DNA of 64,000 nucleotides from Lobosporangium transversale (Eukaryota): NCBI RefSeq assembly GCF_002105155.1, contig NW_019028981.1, positions 1,612,001 to 1,676,000 of the forward strand, read 5' to 3'. Shown piece by piece: positions 11,180 to 23,040 of this stretch (position 1 is its first letter; each line of letters starts with the position of its first letter). The notes under the pieces were generated by a model. It saw only the letters and a program-made list of their open reading frames with translations, ran no database searches and was not told where the DNA came from. The position numbers and the translations under genes were made by a program.

Positions 11180-12514
11180 CAGTCACATGAAGAAATTTTA
11201 CGGCAAATTCTATTTTTTTTGTAATTTTTTGAGCACCCTTGACAAACAGATCATAGACAACATACACAAAGACTTTATCAATCAACATGAAACTTTAGAA
11301 TTCGTTAAAGAGGTCGATTTTGTTTCTTTATGGAGGTTTTGAGGATATACTGTATGAAAGGTAAAAGTACTATATGGGTTTAATAATGAGTGTGCCCACC
11401 TTTAGCCTTCCTCACTTCTTTCAGCCTGTTGGGCATGGAATCAACAAGGCTTGCCAGTTTCTCTTGTGGCAAATTATTCCACTCCTTAGTAAGAGCTACT
11501 GCGAGACTGGGGAGATCTCTTGGTCCTCTGGAGCGCTTATCGAGTGCATTAGCGAGAAATGACCATACACGCTCGATGGGGTTTATATCCGGAGAACATG
11601 CTGGCCAGTCTGGAATCCTAGAGATGTTGTTATTTTCACGCCATTCTTTTGCTATCTTACAAGTATGGACTGGAGCATTATCCTCCATGAGAATGCCGCC
11701 CTCTACTTCAGCCATAAACCTGATTAGTTCAACTTTATATACATCTTCTACAAAACACTGCCCATCTCTACGACCTCGTTTAAATATAACCAACCGAGAC
11801 TTTTTGGTTGATGTGAATGCCCCCCAGACCATCAAGGATGTTCTACCACTCTTGAAAGTGGGTATAAGGCAATCGTGGTCGTACTTTTCCTCCGCCGTAC
11901 GCCAAACTCTTATCTTACGGAAATTCTCGCCAACTTCAAATGACGATTCATCAGTCCAAACTACCCGACTCCAATCTTCATTGGACCAACTCTCGTACTT
12001 TTTGGCAAAAGCCAGTCGCTTCTTCATATGATCTTCATTTAAGTATGGTTTTGGAACCGCGATCCGGCTGAAGATACCCAGTGAATGCAATATCTCTGCA
12101 ACGGTCCTTGTGCACACTTTCTTCGCCAATTGATTGGTGATGTCCTTAAGAGTGGCTCTCCTTTCTCTCTTTGTGCAGCGCACTATGCTCCTGATATCTC
12201 TTTCACTCAGTGCTCTTGGTCGTCCTGGGGCGGGGGCGCGAGCGGTGGTACCTCTTTTGTAATATCTTTGAATAATAGTGTAGACCGTTGATCTTGATAC
12301 ATTACGTTTCAGCGCGATCTCCGCATCCTTCATTCCCGCAAGATGCATTCCAACCATGATAGCTTTATCCTCGATATCCAAATTTAAAGGCATGGTGGTT
12401 TTTTCAAGTTGTTATTGTTGTGAAAAATGAGAAAAAGAAAGAGAGAGGATGATGCTATCTTCGCGTCAATTATTTTCTAAATTTATTTTGCCGTATAATT
12501 TTTTCATGTGACTG
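11180..12514 (-). mobile_element. Full-length Tc1-like DNA transposon (1335 bp)
   Basis: TIRs CAGTCACATGAAGAAATTTTACGGCAAA / CAGTCACATGAAAAAATTATACGGCAAA (26/28 match); TA at 11178-79 and 12515-16. Confidence 0.92.
11380..12393 (-). CDS. Tc1/IS630-superfamily transposase, DD35E
   Basis: 337 aa; HTH region with PGRPR, WTDESSF, LMVWGAF, MEDNAPVH, WPACSPDINPIERVW, C-terminal KGGHTHY. Confidence 0.96.
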   Translation of the reverse strand: MPLNLDIEDKAIMVGMHLAGMKDAEIALKRNVSRSTVYTIIQRYYKRGTTARAPAPGRPRALSERDIRSIVRCTKRERRATLKDITNQLAKKVCTRTVAEILHSLGIFSRIAVPKPYLNEDHMKKRLAFAKKYESWSNEDWSRVVWTDESSFEVGENFRKIRVWRTAEEKYDHDCLIPTFKSGRTSLMVWGAFTSTKKSRLVIFKRGRRDGQCFVEDVYKVELIRFMAEVEGGILMEDNAPVHTCKIAKEWRENNNISRIPDWPACSPDINPIERVWSFLANALDKRSRGPRDLPSLAVALTKEWNNLPQEKLASLVDSMPNRLKEVRKAKGGHTHY

Positions 12515-13285
12515 TACAATTTTCGAATTTGCTATATTTCTCGGTTATTGATTGGCTAAGAAGCCCACAATTCATGAAAAACTATTCTAAAAATCCTCTG
12601 CTGATTCCTCTACTCCAGTTGAGTGTGGGTTTTTTAGAATACTTTTTTTTAAAAGAGTAAGGCTCTTAGCCCACCAATGGCCTAGAAATATATCAAATTT
12701 GAAATTTGTACAAAAGTGTACAATTATCGAGATTCCACTGTACATGGACTGTGAACATGCTCCTGTATATGTATGATATATATATACATGTATACCAGCA
12801 AATAAAAAAATAATGGTCGTCTTAAATAAAGTTCAGAATAAAGCTCTCTCCTGAAAAAAAATTCATCGGGTACTTTCTGATTCCATTTACTACGATACAA
12901 GTCTTTGTGATTGCCAGATTTCAAAAAAGCAAAGGTATCCTTGAAAAAGGTCAATGATTCATTCTGACCATGTTTCTCATTCCCTAAGTGTATTATAACA
13001 TGGCGTAGATGCGAGGATGAGGTGACCTTGTCAAAGGTAAAAGATTCACACCGGACATATAAAGAAGTCGCGCTCTTAATCGCTTTTCATGCTGTACATT
13101 ACAACTCGACGAGATATCCTCCTTCCAGACGTTGGACCTGACGCAATACTTGCAAAAGTCCTCACAAAAGAGCCCTTGCACACAGCCATTACAACTCTAA
13201 CTTCCTCAGGAAGAGCCACAGAACCTTTGACAGAATCCCTGAGTCTCCAAGAATCCTGACTGGATCCTCAATTGCCTTTATCATC

Positions 13286-13495
13286 ATGAAAATCCAAAGT
13301 CTCTTTTTTGTCTTGATCTTCTTTAGCTTCATTGCAGTAACCAATGCTGACGACATTTGTAGAAGGTGCAATGTTGTAGGCGGAACCTGCTTTTTCGACG
13401 CAGATTGCCAAAATGTTTGTAGTCTAAAAAGCCCCAAGTATGGTTATAATGGCGATTGTGATTGGGCTCTCTGCTGCTGTGGAGCCGATTGTTAA
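13286..13495 (+). CDS. Secreted 10-Cys defensin-like peptide, copy 4
   Basis: 69 aa; same scaffold, SPKY and GDC..W.CCCGADC conserved. Confidence 0.9.
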   Translation: MKIQSLFFVLIFFSFIAVTNADDICRRCNVVGGTCFFDADCQNVCSLKSPKYGYNGDCDWALCCCGADC

Positions 13496-14209
13496 GCGAT
13501 GGCTAGTATACATGCCAGAACATCTCTACCCTATGTCGCCAACCCACTTTTTTCTCTTATTTTTCCATTTACGATTTTGCCCATAAAACTAGGCAACAAA
13601 AGGAATAAAGTCTTTCCATTTTCCAAAACCAATTTTCGTAGCATCGATGCGCTATCGACCACACTGGCTCGTACAAATTACCGCCGCCCCCTTCTAGTCA
13701 ACATTTAGTGCATGTATGATCTATAGTGTGTCCATTTGCGCATGTGTATGTGTATGAGTATGTATATGAATACGGGAATGACAAGAAAAAAGAAAAATTC
13801 AAGTTGGTTGTGCTGACCATGTCGCTGTCACTCTCGTTTATATGGTGCTAATGGAAAAATTATCTTGAGAAACGGTGAGGAAAAAAACTAGATAGAATGT
13901 TTTTTTTTTTTTGTTGGTTATCAACTGTTTTGGTATCGCAAATCTGCCATCAAATTAGTTGAAGCGAGTGCACGATTGTAGCGCCTTGACTCTTCTTTTT
14001 ATTGACTATCTACATCAGTAAGGCAGACCAGGGTTTTATTCATGATATGGACGTCTATACATGAGTAAACGAGCAGATGTCAAGTCCTGCTCGTATGTGT
14101 TGTTCAAAAAAAAAAGGATGACGTTTTATTTTGCCGAGTTGCGTTCTTATACCCCGCAAGGACAAGACTTTCACATAGTTTTTTTATTGTTATACCATGA
14201 TGGACTGCT

Positions 14210-15034
14210 TCAATCGTAAGACCCACCTCCACTATCACAACTACTGCTATTGTCGGATGAAGACGAACTACTTGAATAATCACTGCTATAGCTTGAGGAT
14301 GAATGACTATAGCTATAGGATGGCACCTCCAATGTTGCAGTGCTCTGAGAACGGTTGGTAGTTACAGTAACATCAAAAGCTTGAGACGTATGTCCATATG
14401 AAGAGATGTCAGATACCGGCGTCAGCATGGTAGCACTGTTATCGTTGGTGACGTTGATGTTGGAGCAGCTATTTTCTTGGTCTCGATCTTGTGTACCTGT
14501 ACTTGCAGCTGGCTCTTCATCATCGCCGCCATCGTCCTCGCAGTCGATAATGATTACTGGTGTTGTTGTATTTGTTGTTGAGGACGGATTGAGAGCCTCT
14601 CTGCGTTTGTTCTGTTCATAGCTTTTTAACTCTTTATTATTCATAATATCGCTGGTGATAGCAGCGCTATTGACATTATTCCTTCTATTGTCAGGCTTCT
14701 TTGGCTTCAGGTCATCCTTGAAATACTTCATCTGAAGGTGCTGTCCTATCGATTGTTGATTACTCTTTTCGGATGGTCGGTTTGAGGTTTCCGCAGTGCT
14801 TGGCTTCATTGACGTTACTGTCTTTGCTGCTGTTACCGTATTTGCGGCAGTAATAAAAGCAGTATTGGCAGATTTCTCATTCTTCTCAAGGTCCTCCGAC
14901 ACTGTGTACTTGAACTTTGCTGGCTGCTGTGCGCTATTTCGATGACGCCGTAGACAATATACAAAGGCTAGGGATATCGCTAGGAAGACGAGAGGGATTA
15001 CCACGCAGAGGGCAATAGTAATGCTAGATTTCAT
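14210..15034 (-). CDS. Hypothetical single-pass membrane protein with disordered S/T/N-rich tail
   Basis: 274-aa ORF; hydrophobic residues ~5-28 followed by RRHR; tail ends SSSCDSGGGSYD. Confidence 0.7.
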   Translation of the reverse strand: MKSSITIALCVVIPLVFLAISLAFVYCLRRHRNSAQQPAKFKYTVSEDLEKNEKSANTAFITAANTVTAAKTVTSMKPSTAETSNRPSEKSNQQSIGQHLQMKYFKDDLKPKKPDNRRNNVNSAAITSDIMNNKELKSYEQNKRREALNPSSTTNTTTPVIIIDCEDDGGDDEEPAASTGTQDRDQENSCSNINVTNDNSATMLTPVSDISSYGHTSQAFDVTVTTNRSQSTATLEVPSYSYSHSSSSYSSDYSSSSSSSDNSSSCDSGGGSYD

Positions 15035-15505
15035 TTTTGATACACAAAAAGGCGGAGAGCAGAGAAAAAAGTGGGTGTGTTTGATAATTTTGTTGGCTCA
15101 TGAAGGGGGTTGCACCAAGGTTTTATACTCTATCATTGCGCTAGTTGCAGAAAGGTGAAGACAAGTCAGATTTTGTGAAACAAGATTACTACGATTGAAG
15201 CTACAGTTCATTGAACAACGTGCATCCCTGTGTATCATATGGATGAGTCGATATGCCAAACGGCCCCGGAGGCGGTGTCTCTCCCTGGAATTATGCTAAT
15301 TTCACTGGTTATCTTGTTAAAGAAGAGGAGTCGATGGAGATCACATGGCTTGCCATCGTTACGACTGCTAATGTGTAATGTTGGGTTGGGACATGGTTTT
15401 CTGAGGTGATACAGAATAAATTTTTGTCTACTTCTACTTTGCTTCCATGATCAATGCACGATATCTTTTATTGTCTATTTCAGTGAAGAGGACATTTCTA
15501 AGTTT

Positions 15506-17731
15506 CTAAGCACTTCCTCCGATCAAGGACCAACTCGTGTTGACACTATTGTATCGCACTTCCTGATCAGGGTGTGACATCAGCTCCATGATCCTTTGCT
15601 TAACTCCAATATCTTGCAAGAATCTGACATGGAAAAAAGAAAAATAGAAAAAAAGCATTTTAGTTTCCATGTTGCAGGCCACAAAAAAATATAATTATTT
15701 GAAGTCATACTTTTTACTTCCTGGATCACGTTTGACGTAGTGTCCAATGTCACTAGCCGCGACGGAAAGAACAATTGGTTCATTTGATACGCTCAAAAGA
15801 CGAGCCAAAACCCTATGTTATCAAGAGTCGACAGCAAGGATAGTCAGATTAGCTTTTCGATTATTGGATTACACGCGGGCATTGCTTTTTTTTTTTTTTT
15901 TTTTTTTTTCTTTAAAAAAAATTACCGAAGAAGAGCATAGTTGTCATTCTTAAACTCTTTCCAATTCTTGATCCAAAATTGTTCTGATAGATGAGGTGGC
16001 GACCACGTCAATCTTCCTGACTGCAACTCAGCCTGATAGACTTCGAATGTACTGAAGTTATAATCATCAAAAATATATAGTATTAAAATATAAACAAATT
16101 GTATTCCATTGTTTTGATGAATTCTTTTCCTTGTTATTCACATACGTTAGTGTTTGGAAATTAGTCTCAAGTTCTTCTTTGAGATAGTTGATGTCATCCA
16201 AGATATCACCATCAGACCATTTGCGTCCCGACAAATTCTCGCAAAATGGCAATAATTTGACTGCAGCCATAGCTGCAAGGTTTGCATCTGGTGCCTTCTC
16301 GGCCAGGTTCTGACATACAAAAAAAAAAAAAAAAAAAAAAAAAAATTAGAAACACTTTTTAAAGAAAAAAAAAAAAACACAACCGCGAGTTATGCCGACT
16401 ATCCTCCACTTTTATTACTCACCCTAAGAGTAGCGATAACAACACGAACAACCTTTTCCTTGATGGCTGATTTGGCTATATCCACCAATTGTGGAATCAG
16501 ATCATATTTTCTATATTAGTTAATAACAAAGGGTTGTGATTAGTTATTCACTTTCCAAATCATATATCACATTCACTTTTATTGCTTCTCTCATTTTGTA
16601 CCTGTTAAGTTCCTGAGCGATCTCCTCATTATAAGTCAAGATCCAGAAGACATAAATCACTTGATATTGCATCTGAGGCGTAGGTGTTTCAACCCTCAGA
16701 ATCTTGATCAATGCATCCACAGCTTGAGGTGTATTCCAATATACAATCCGAACATGTTGTTTTTGTAAAACGGATTCCAAGATCTGAACCGCTAAATCTA
16801 CCACACCCGGGTTTTTGCTCTGTAATTGAACAGTGGTCCATCGAAACAATTCCTCTGCAACCTGAATGTTGGGTTTAGAGGAGGATGCGCAGAGTAATGT
16901 CGTCAAGATCTTGCCTGCCTTCAAAGGCACAAATTCATCTTCACTTCGAAGACATTTTAAAAGTGGTGCAAAGGGCAGTGAAGCGTCTGCTTGGTTCAGT
17001 TGCAAAAAGTAGTCGGCGCGCTCATCATGATCTACAAAATTGACAAAAAAAAAAGACAAAATAGACATAAATGTATTCATTAATTTTGTTAACATTTACA
17101 ATCGGTCCTTATTATCTTTCATTTTTTTTCATTTTTATTTTTTATTTGAATACTTGAATCATTACCAAGTAAAAGGTCGTCAATCAAGACCAGAATCGAT
17201 TGAATCGTGTCAACGCGAACCAATTTTTGAAGCAGGTTGATCAATAACTCTCCATAGACGTTTCCTTCCTATAAGATCAGTTAGAACACACACAAAAAAA
17301 AAAAAAAAAATCATTCAGGGATAATAAGGGAATAAGGAATAATGTATGTGTTTCCTCCCTCCTACTCCTGCCCTATTTCTTTCTTCACATTGATATCGTT
17401 CTTTTAATTACCTTGTCCACAACTCGAGAAAGATCTTCACCACTTTTTTTTTCAATTGCCTTGATATAATTGAGCTCTACTTGGGTAATAAGTGAGGCGC
17501 GTTGGTAACCCTGAACCATAAAGAAGAAAAGACCAAAGAGACACAAAAAATTGAGCCATTCTCGATGAGCTATTATATCCAATTTTATACTTTATTTTAT
17601 TATTGTTTTTTTTTTACCTCCCAAGGGATGGGACGAGCTCTATGACCAGCAGTTAATTCGTCGAGGAATGAATTGGATACTAGCGCAGCTGGCACTAGAT
17701 GGTCTCCATCAGCGTTGCTCTGCGTGACCAT
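15506..17731 (-). CDS. VMA13: V-type ATPase subunit H (multi-exon)
   Basis: RARPIPWE-GYQRASLIT, QMQYQVIYVFWILTY, KEKVVRVIATLR, WSDGDILDDI, TFEVYQAELQSGRLTWSPPHLSEQFW, VAASDIGHYV, KQRIMELMSHPDQEVRY. Confidence 0.92.
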
Positions 17732-18275
17732 TGTACTGTGAAATGGAAATAATGTCGTTCGCGTACTTGGTCTTGAAAAAGAATGTGAAAGTAGCAAGGA
17801 GCATTTGTAGTTGAAATAACGTCTCACCCATTCTGGAATAAGCTTTCCACTACTTCCATGCGAGATATTAGACTTATTTCCATGACTAATTGATGACGCA
17901 GTTTTCAAAAAAAAAAATTTCCTGCTCTTTTGTAAACAAAAGGCTGTCTTTTGCAAGTAAGATTTCTCCTCCTCTTTCGCATATTCCACAAAGGTAGTCT
18001 ATTGGAGCAGACAGGCAGGAAATCTTGAAGGAACAGGAATATACCACCCACAGATCACATTGACCTTAACATTCTACCATACTCTACACTCAACATGATG
18101 ACATCAGGAGATTAATACTATTCAATGATCTCGGTTTCATGGAGAAATTCCGCATTGTACAATTTACATTGCGTGATGGGACATGATGGGACATGATGGA
18201 CATTTCATGATCGATAATAACGATGATCAACATTCGGAGAGCATGAAAGATATTTCTTCAAAGACGAAAGCGAAT

Positions 18276-18309
<34 letters not shown>

Positions 18310-18364
18310 CATTAACTGATTAGAACTTTTCATCCATCATTTCAACATTCAGAAATTATTCAAA

Positions 18365-18966
18365 ATGGGTCGCATGCACAGCCGTGGCAAGGGTATCTCG
18401 AGCTCTGCTCTCCCCTACAAACGTACTCCTCCTTCCTGGTTGAAGGCTACTCCTGAAGATGTCTGCGAGTCGATTTTCAAGCTCGCCAAGAAGGGTATGA
18501 CTCCCTCTCAAATTGGTGTTATTCTTCGTGACTCCCAGGGTATTGCTCAGGTCAAGAACGTCACCGGTAACAAGATTCTCCGTATCTTGAAGTCCAACGG
18601 TCTCGCTCCCGAGATTCCTGAAGATCTTTACCACTTGATCAAGAAGGCTGTCTCCGTTCGCAAGCACTTGGAGCGCAACCGCAAGGATTGCGACGGCAAG
18701 TTCCGCCTCATTTTGATCGAGTCCCGTATCCACCGTCTTGCTCGCTACTACAAGACCGCTGGTCAGCTCCCTCCCACCTGGAAGTAGTAAGTCTTTTTTT
18801 TCCTTTTCTCTCTGATATGGGACAATAGGATCAGAAGTTCAGAATACTTTTCCAATTGCTTGGGTTACTATTTCTTTAAAAAAAAAATTATATTAATTCT
18901 AATTTTTATTATTCTTTATTTTAATTTTACAGCGAGTCTGCCACTGCCTCTGCTCTTGTCGCTTAA
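18365..18966 (+). CDS. RPS13: 40S ribosomal protein S13 (uS15); exons 18365-18786, 18933-18966
   Basis: [18 protein letters not shown]...[17 protein letters not shown]...[13 protein letters not shown]. Confidence 0.98.
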
Positions 18967-20020
18967 ATTATTGCTTTCGGGTAATAGTTGGGAGGCAATT
19001 CTATGCTCGTTTCAATTGGAGCGCGCGCTTCTCAGAAATAAAGATGGATTTAATGGAAAAGCTGCTTTACATGTTACTTGGACCTGTATATATTCCAGGA
19101 TATGGAAAAAAAATGGTAATAGGGAGACATGGATCCAAGAGGATTTCTTAAGCTTGGATCTGACGCTGGAACAAAAAGAGGAAAAACAATCTTCCAATGT
19201 TGCTATGCAGTGCTGTGCGATGTGGGACGAGATTTCTTGATTGGATTGAATTCTTTATTGCACGAAGGAAACGTTACTTGGCTTGACCAAAGATATGATC
19301 AATCAAACATTGTATACAATGATCAATGCAATTGGCCATTCTTTTTTTCTTTCTTTCTTTTTTTTTTTATTTTGAGAGAAATGATGTTAAAAACTTAATA
19401 CACCGAGAACCAAATACATGTGGTATCTTTGTATTCACACTGGCTGATCTCTTAAAAAAAAGAAAAAGAAAAGAAAAAGGAAGGAAAGGCGTTTGAATGA
19501 TGTGATTGATGATAAACACACTTTATCTTGCTTGATATAAGTGGCAAAAAAAAAAAAAAAAGGTATGATTAATGTGGAATACAACAAGTGGATTATGTCC
19601 AATGGAGTCCATAGCTTTATGTTCGCTCGATAAGCAAATAAAAAAGAGCCTTGTTCAATTGACACAATGTCAAAGCACCTTGCAAATGTCAGCTTTCTCA
19701 TCTTTGCTACAATGCACTTTCTTTTGTTGTGTTCTTCAAAAATGTTGAGGGGCAGAAAAGCGCATGTTGCACAATGAAATGAATTCAACTGCAACTTGGG
19801 TAACTTGCTAATTTTTCTCAGTAGACTTTATGTCCAAAAGCTTGATAAGATGAATGAGTGTCGCGTGCAGACAGACCAGACAAGAGAAGCAGGAGAAATG
19901 ACGACGGATATTCTCATCTCGTTGTTGTTGATCCTCATATTCATTTACTTTTCTTTTCCATCCCACATACCTTCTTTCTTTCTCCTTCATACTGAATTTT
20001 AACAACCAAACTACTTGTAA

Positions 20021-20800
20021 ATGTCCTTGGATTCAGATATCATGACCAAGCCCAAAGTTCTTATTGTAGGAGCTGACTTAGGAGGATTAGCATTGACTGC
20101 TATTCTCGAGCACGCTAAGATTCCATATGAGATCTATGGAAAGTCTTCTGCCCTAAAACCTCTTGGATCTGCAATCAGTTTAGGACGAGGTGGTGCGTGT
20201 AGAAGAACATGATATTCATTTTTTTTTTTTATTTTCTTATTAAATTCTAGGACATTCATTAAACGATAGATGCCTATTTAAGCAGCTGAGTATTCTAGAG
20301 GAAATCGAGACAAAGGCCAAACCCTATGAAGGCTTCCAGATAGTTAAAAAAAAAAAATCTTTAATCGGGTCTATCTTGAGTACTCGCTTCTCACAATCAT
20401 TTATTTTTATTGATTTTTTTAACGGATTTAACGACTATATTATCTCACAATCTATCCTCCATGAATTCGGTCGCTTCAGAAAAGTTCTATCTGGGCAAAC
20501 GTGTGCTCTCCTATGTGGAGAGGGTGACAGTCTCATTGTTTGGACATCAGGCAAACAAGTTCACCATGGCAATATCCTTGTGGGTGCAGATGGTACTTAC
20601 AGCGGTGTTCGCCAATCACTCTATGGACAATGAGCCAAAAGGATGAGTTACCAGATTCAGACAGTAAACCATTGGAATATTCCAGTATCTGACTGGTTGG
20701 ATAGACTCGACCTCTGACGGAGGCAGAGTTTGCACATGTCAATGATGAGTACTGCGGAGTTGTGAATGTCCTTGGTCTCAATCGTCCTATCGTTGTGAAT
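20021..20800 (+). pseudogene. Decayed FAD-dependent monooxygenase
   Basis: KVLIVGADLGGL (Rossmann G to D), LGSAISLG, GNILVGADGTYSGVRQSLY followed by a stop; frameshifts; C-terminal half absent; paralogue at 32494-34522. Confidence 0.8.
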
Positions 20801-21089
20801 TATATATAAGAAAGAAAAGAACAAGAAAGAACGAAAGAGAGAAAAGTTGGTTTTCTCTCTTTCTTTTTTTGTTTTGTGCTCAAGACACATGAGCGGTATA
20901 GCTGTTACAGTTTGAGAAATGATGGAGAGCAAAAGAGACAAATGTATATATCATAATATCACCTTTGTAGTGAAGCATACAAACATATTCATCATTTGGT
21001 CTTTAATAAAGCTTAGAAACTCGTATTTAAATTCAGCGAAGAAAGAAAAAAAAAAGCTTTATTAATGTCCAGATCAACAAGTGAAACCA

Positions 21090-22914
21090 CTACTCCATTA
21101 CAAACACCTGCTTGCCATGTCCTGAAGACGTTGCCTTCTGTACCACTTGTAATAGCTTTTCTTCCAAGACTGAGGTATCCGACTCTGTAACAGACCATCG
21201 ATTTCTTGTGCAATTGATTTCAGCAAACTGACCTTGCTTCATAAAGTCAAGCACGTCATTAATCATATCTTGGCGTTCTTGTGAAGAGTGTTCATCATTC
21301 CATGCAGTGAGCCAGAATCCAGATGCATGCACATTCTTAAAGATTTGCAAACTAGCAGGTAGTATCAGTGGCTGACGAGACATAGCTCCATAGGTAACCA
21401 GGTGTCCATTTTTACTGTAGTAGTATCAATGATAATATGTAGTAAATGTTATTCAAATATTAATATCTCATGTACTCAGCTTCCAGAAACTGGCTTCATA
21501 TATATACAAGGCCAACTGTTTGCCTTCATTACCTGAGTAGCCGAGCCATCTCTGTAGTAGGCTTTCCTCCAACACAGTTGAAACCGAGCTTAACCTCACT
21601 GTTTTGTATCCATGACTTTACGAGCTCCTTGGTTTCAAGTTTTCCGAGTTGGTCATCCGTCAATATGTGAGTGGCGCCCAACTGTTTCAAACGCTCTGTG
21701 ACTTCCTCATGTCCTGGTCTGTGCCTAATAATGTTAATGGTCTTGACACCAAGTGGCTTGGCTAACTGAATGACGGCCTCGCCTACACCGGAGTTGGCGC
21801 CATTTTGGATAATAAAATCACCTACATGAGTGTACAGATGTTGGCAATAAATGTCAGGCATAGATTTTTTCTTTTTTCTTTTTTCTTTTTTTTTTTTTTT
21901 TAAAAAAAAAAAAATCTTGTTGTTTAAAACCTAACAGTTTAGCGGATACGCATCACTTCAATAATCCAATTGCAGTACCTGGCGACAACTTTTTGAAATC
22001 TCTGAGCATACGATACGCGGTGCATGGATTGACTGTCAACGTCGCTAGTTGTACAACATCCAATGCAAACGAATCTGCGCCCTCATTCATCTTCTCTACC
22101 GATCGGACCTTTGTCAAGTCCTTGGCTTTGAAATTACCGTGTGAGCGCCAGGTTCCCTGTCCTGCAGATCCCATAACGACCCAGTCGCCGACCTTGAGGT
22201 GTCCAACTTTAGAGCCTACCTTTATAACTTTAGCGACTCCTTCATTGCCACCAACTGCTACAGGGGGCCAGTCACTACTATTACTACTACTGCCACTATT
22301 GCTATTGCTCGAGTAGGCAGCGGGGGTTGAGGCAGGAGGCGACGATACAAAGGATGAAGATGAAGAGTGGAGTTGAGTTGTCATAGGTGGTTTAAGTGGA
22401 TATACCCCCTCGATCTGATTGATATCGGCCGGATTGATTGGTGAAGCGAGAAATTGGACCTGAACAGAGTCATGAGATGGAGGCTCTAATGTATGGCATA
22501 GGACCCTACAATGAGCATTGCCAGAGATAATTAATGATCTTGAATTAATGCATGGTGTGCCTTTTCTTTCTATATTTTTTTTGTCCTAACAATACCCAGA
22601 GAAGAAAAGCCAACTAATTACTTTAAAACTTCCGTTGGTCGACCATAGGAAGAGTATACGAGAGCGGTAGCACGAGTCAGATCCTTGGACCTAAAGCTCG
22701 AGACACTCATGTATCGCCGTGTACCCTTATTAAAAATGAACCTAGGCTGGTGATCAGTGGCAAGGTTCTGTTGTTGAGTTGTGCATCGTTGTGTTCGAGC
22801 CCATACATGGACCGTGGGAAAAGTCGTGACAGATCTGTATTTGACAGTCGTCACCCTAGGAATCATGACATTGGTATCTAATTTGATTGACTGAACAATT
22901 CTGTTTAATGACAT
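21090..22914 (-). CDS. ETR1: Mitochondrial trans-2-enoyl-ACP/CoA reductase (MECR)
   Basis: FLASPINPADINQIEGVYP, VGGNEGVA, ATLTVNPCTAYRML, FIIQNGANSGVG, LGFNCVGGK, VTYGAMSRQP; R/S/T-rich presequence; start codon uncertain. Confidence 0.9.
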
Positions 22915-23040
22915 TTTGTCAAGGTAAATTTGATGCAGAATGGATAGAAGAAGGGACAAATGACTTTTGCATGAAGAAAAAACCGCGTAGCAGACGCGTT
23001 ACACGTGATCCACGCCCGCCCTTTTTTATTTACGCGTTTT

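Larger units (their letters stand above)
11148..12740. mobile_element. MITE (~256 bp once the inner element is removed; 11148-11179 + 12517-12740) with TA target-site duplication
   Basis: Termini CAGTGGAATCTCGATAATTGTACACTTTTGTA and its perfect inverse ending at 12740; TA at 11146-47 and 12741-42; imperfect inverted repeat extends ~110 bp. Confidence 0.85.

Noticed and set aside
15506..15550. Atypical VMA13 C-terminus (VRYNSVNTSWSLIGGSA)
   Set aside because: Could be simple divergence or an unrecognised last intron; not resolvable by eye
18095..18245. Possible C/D snoRNA (ATGATGA box) upstream of RPS13
   Set aside because: No properly placed CTGA D box, terminal stem or recognisable rRNA complementarity; better explained as a promoter motif
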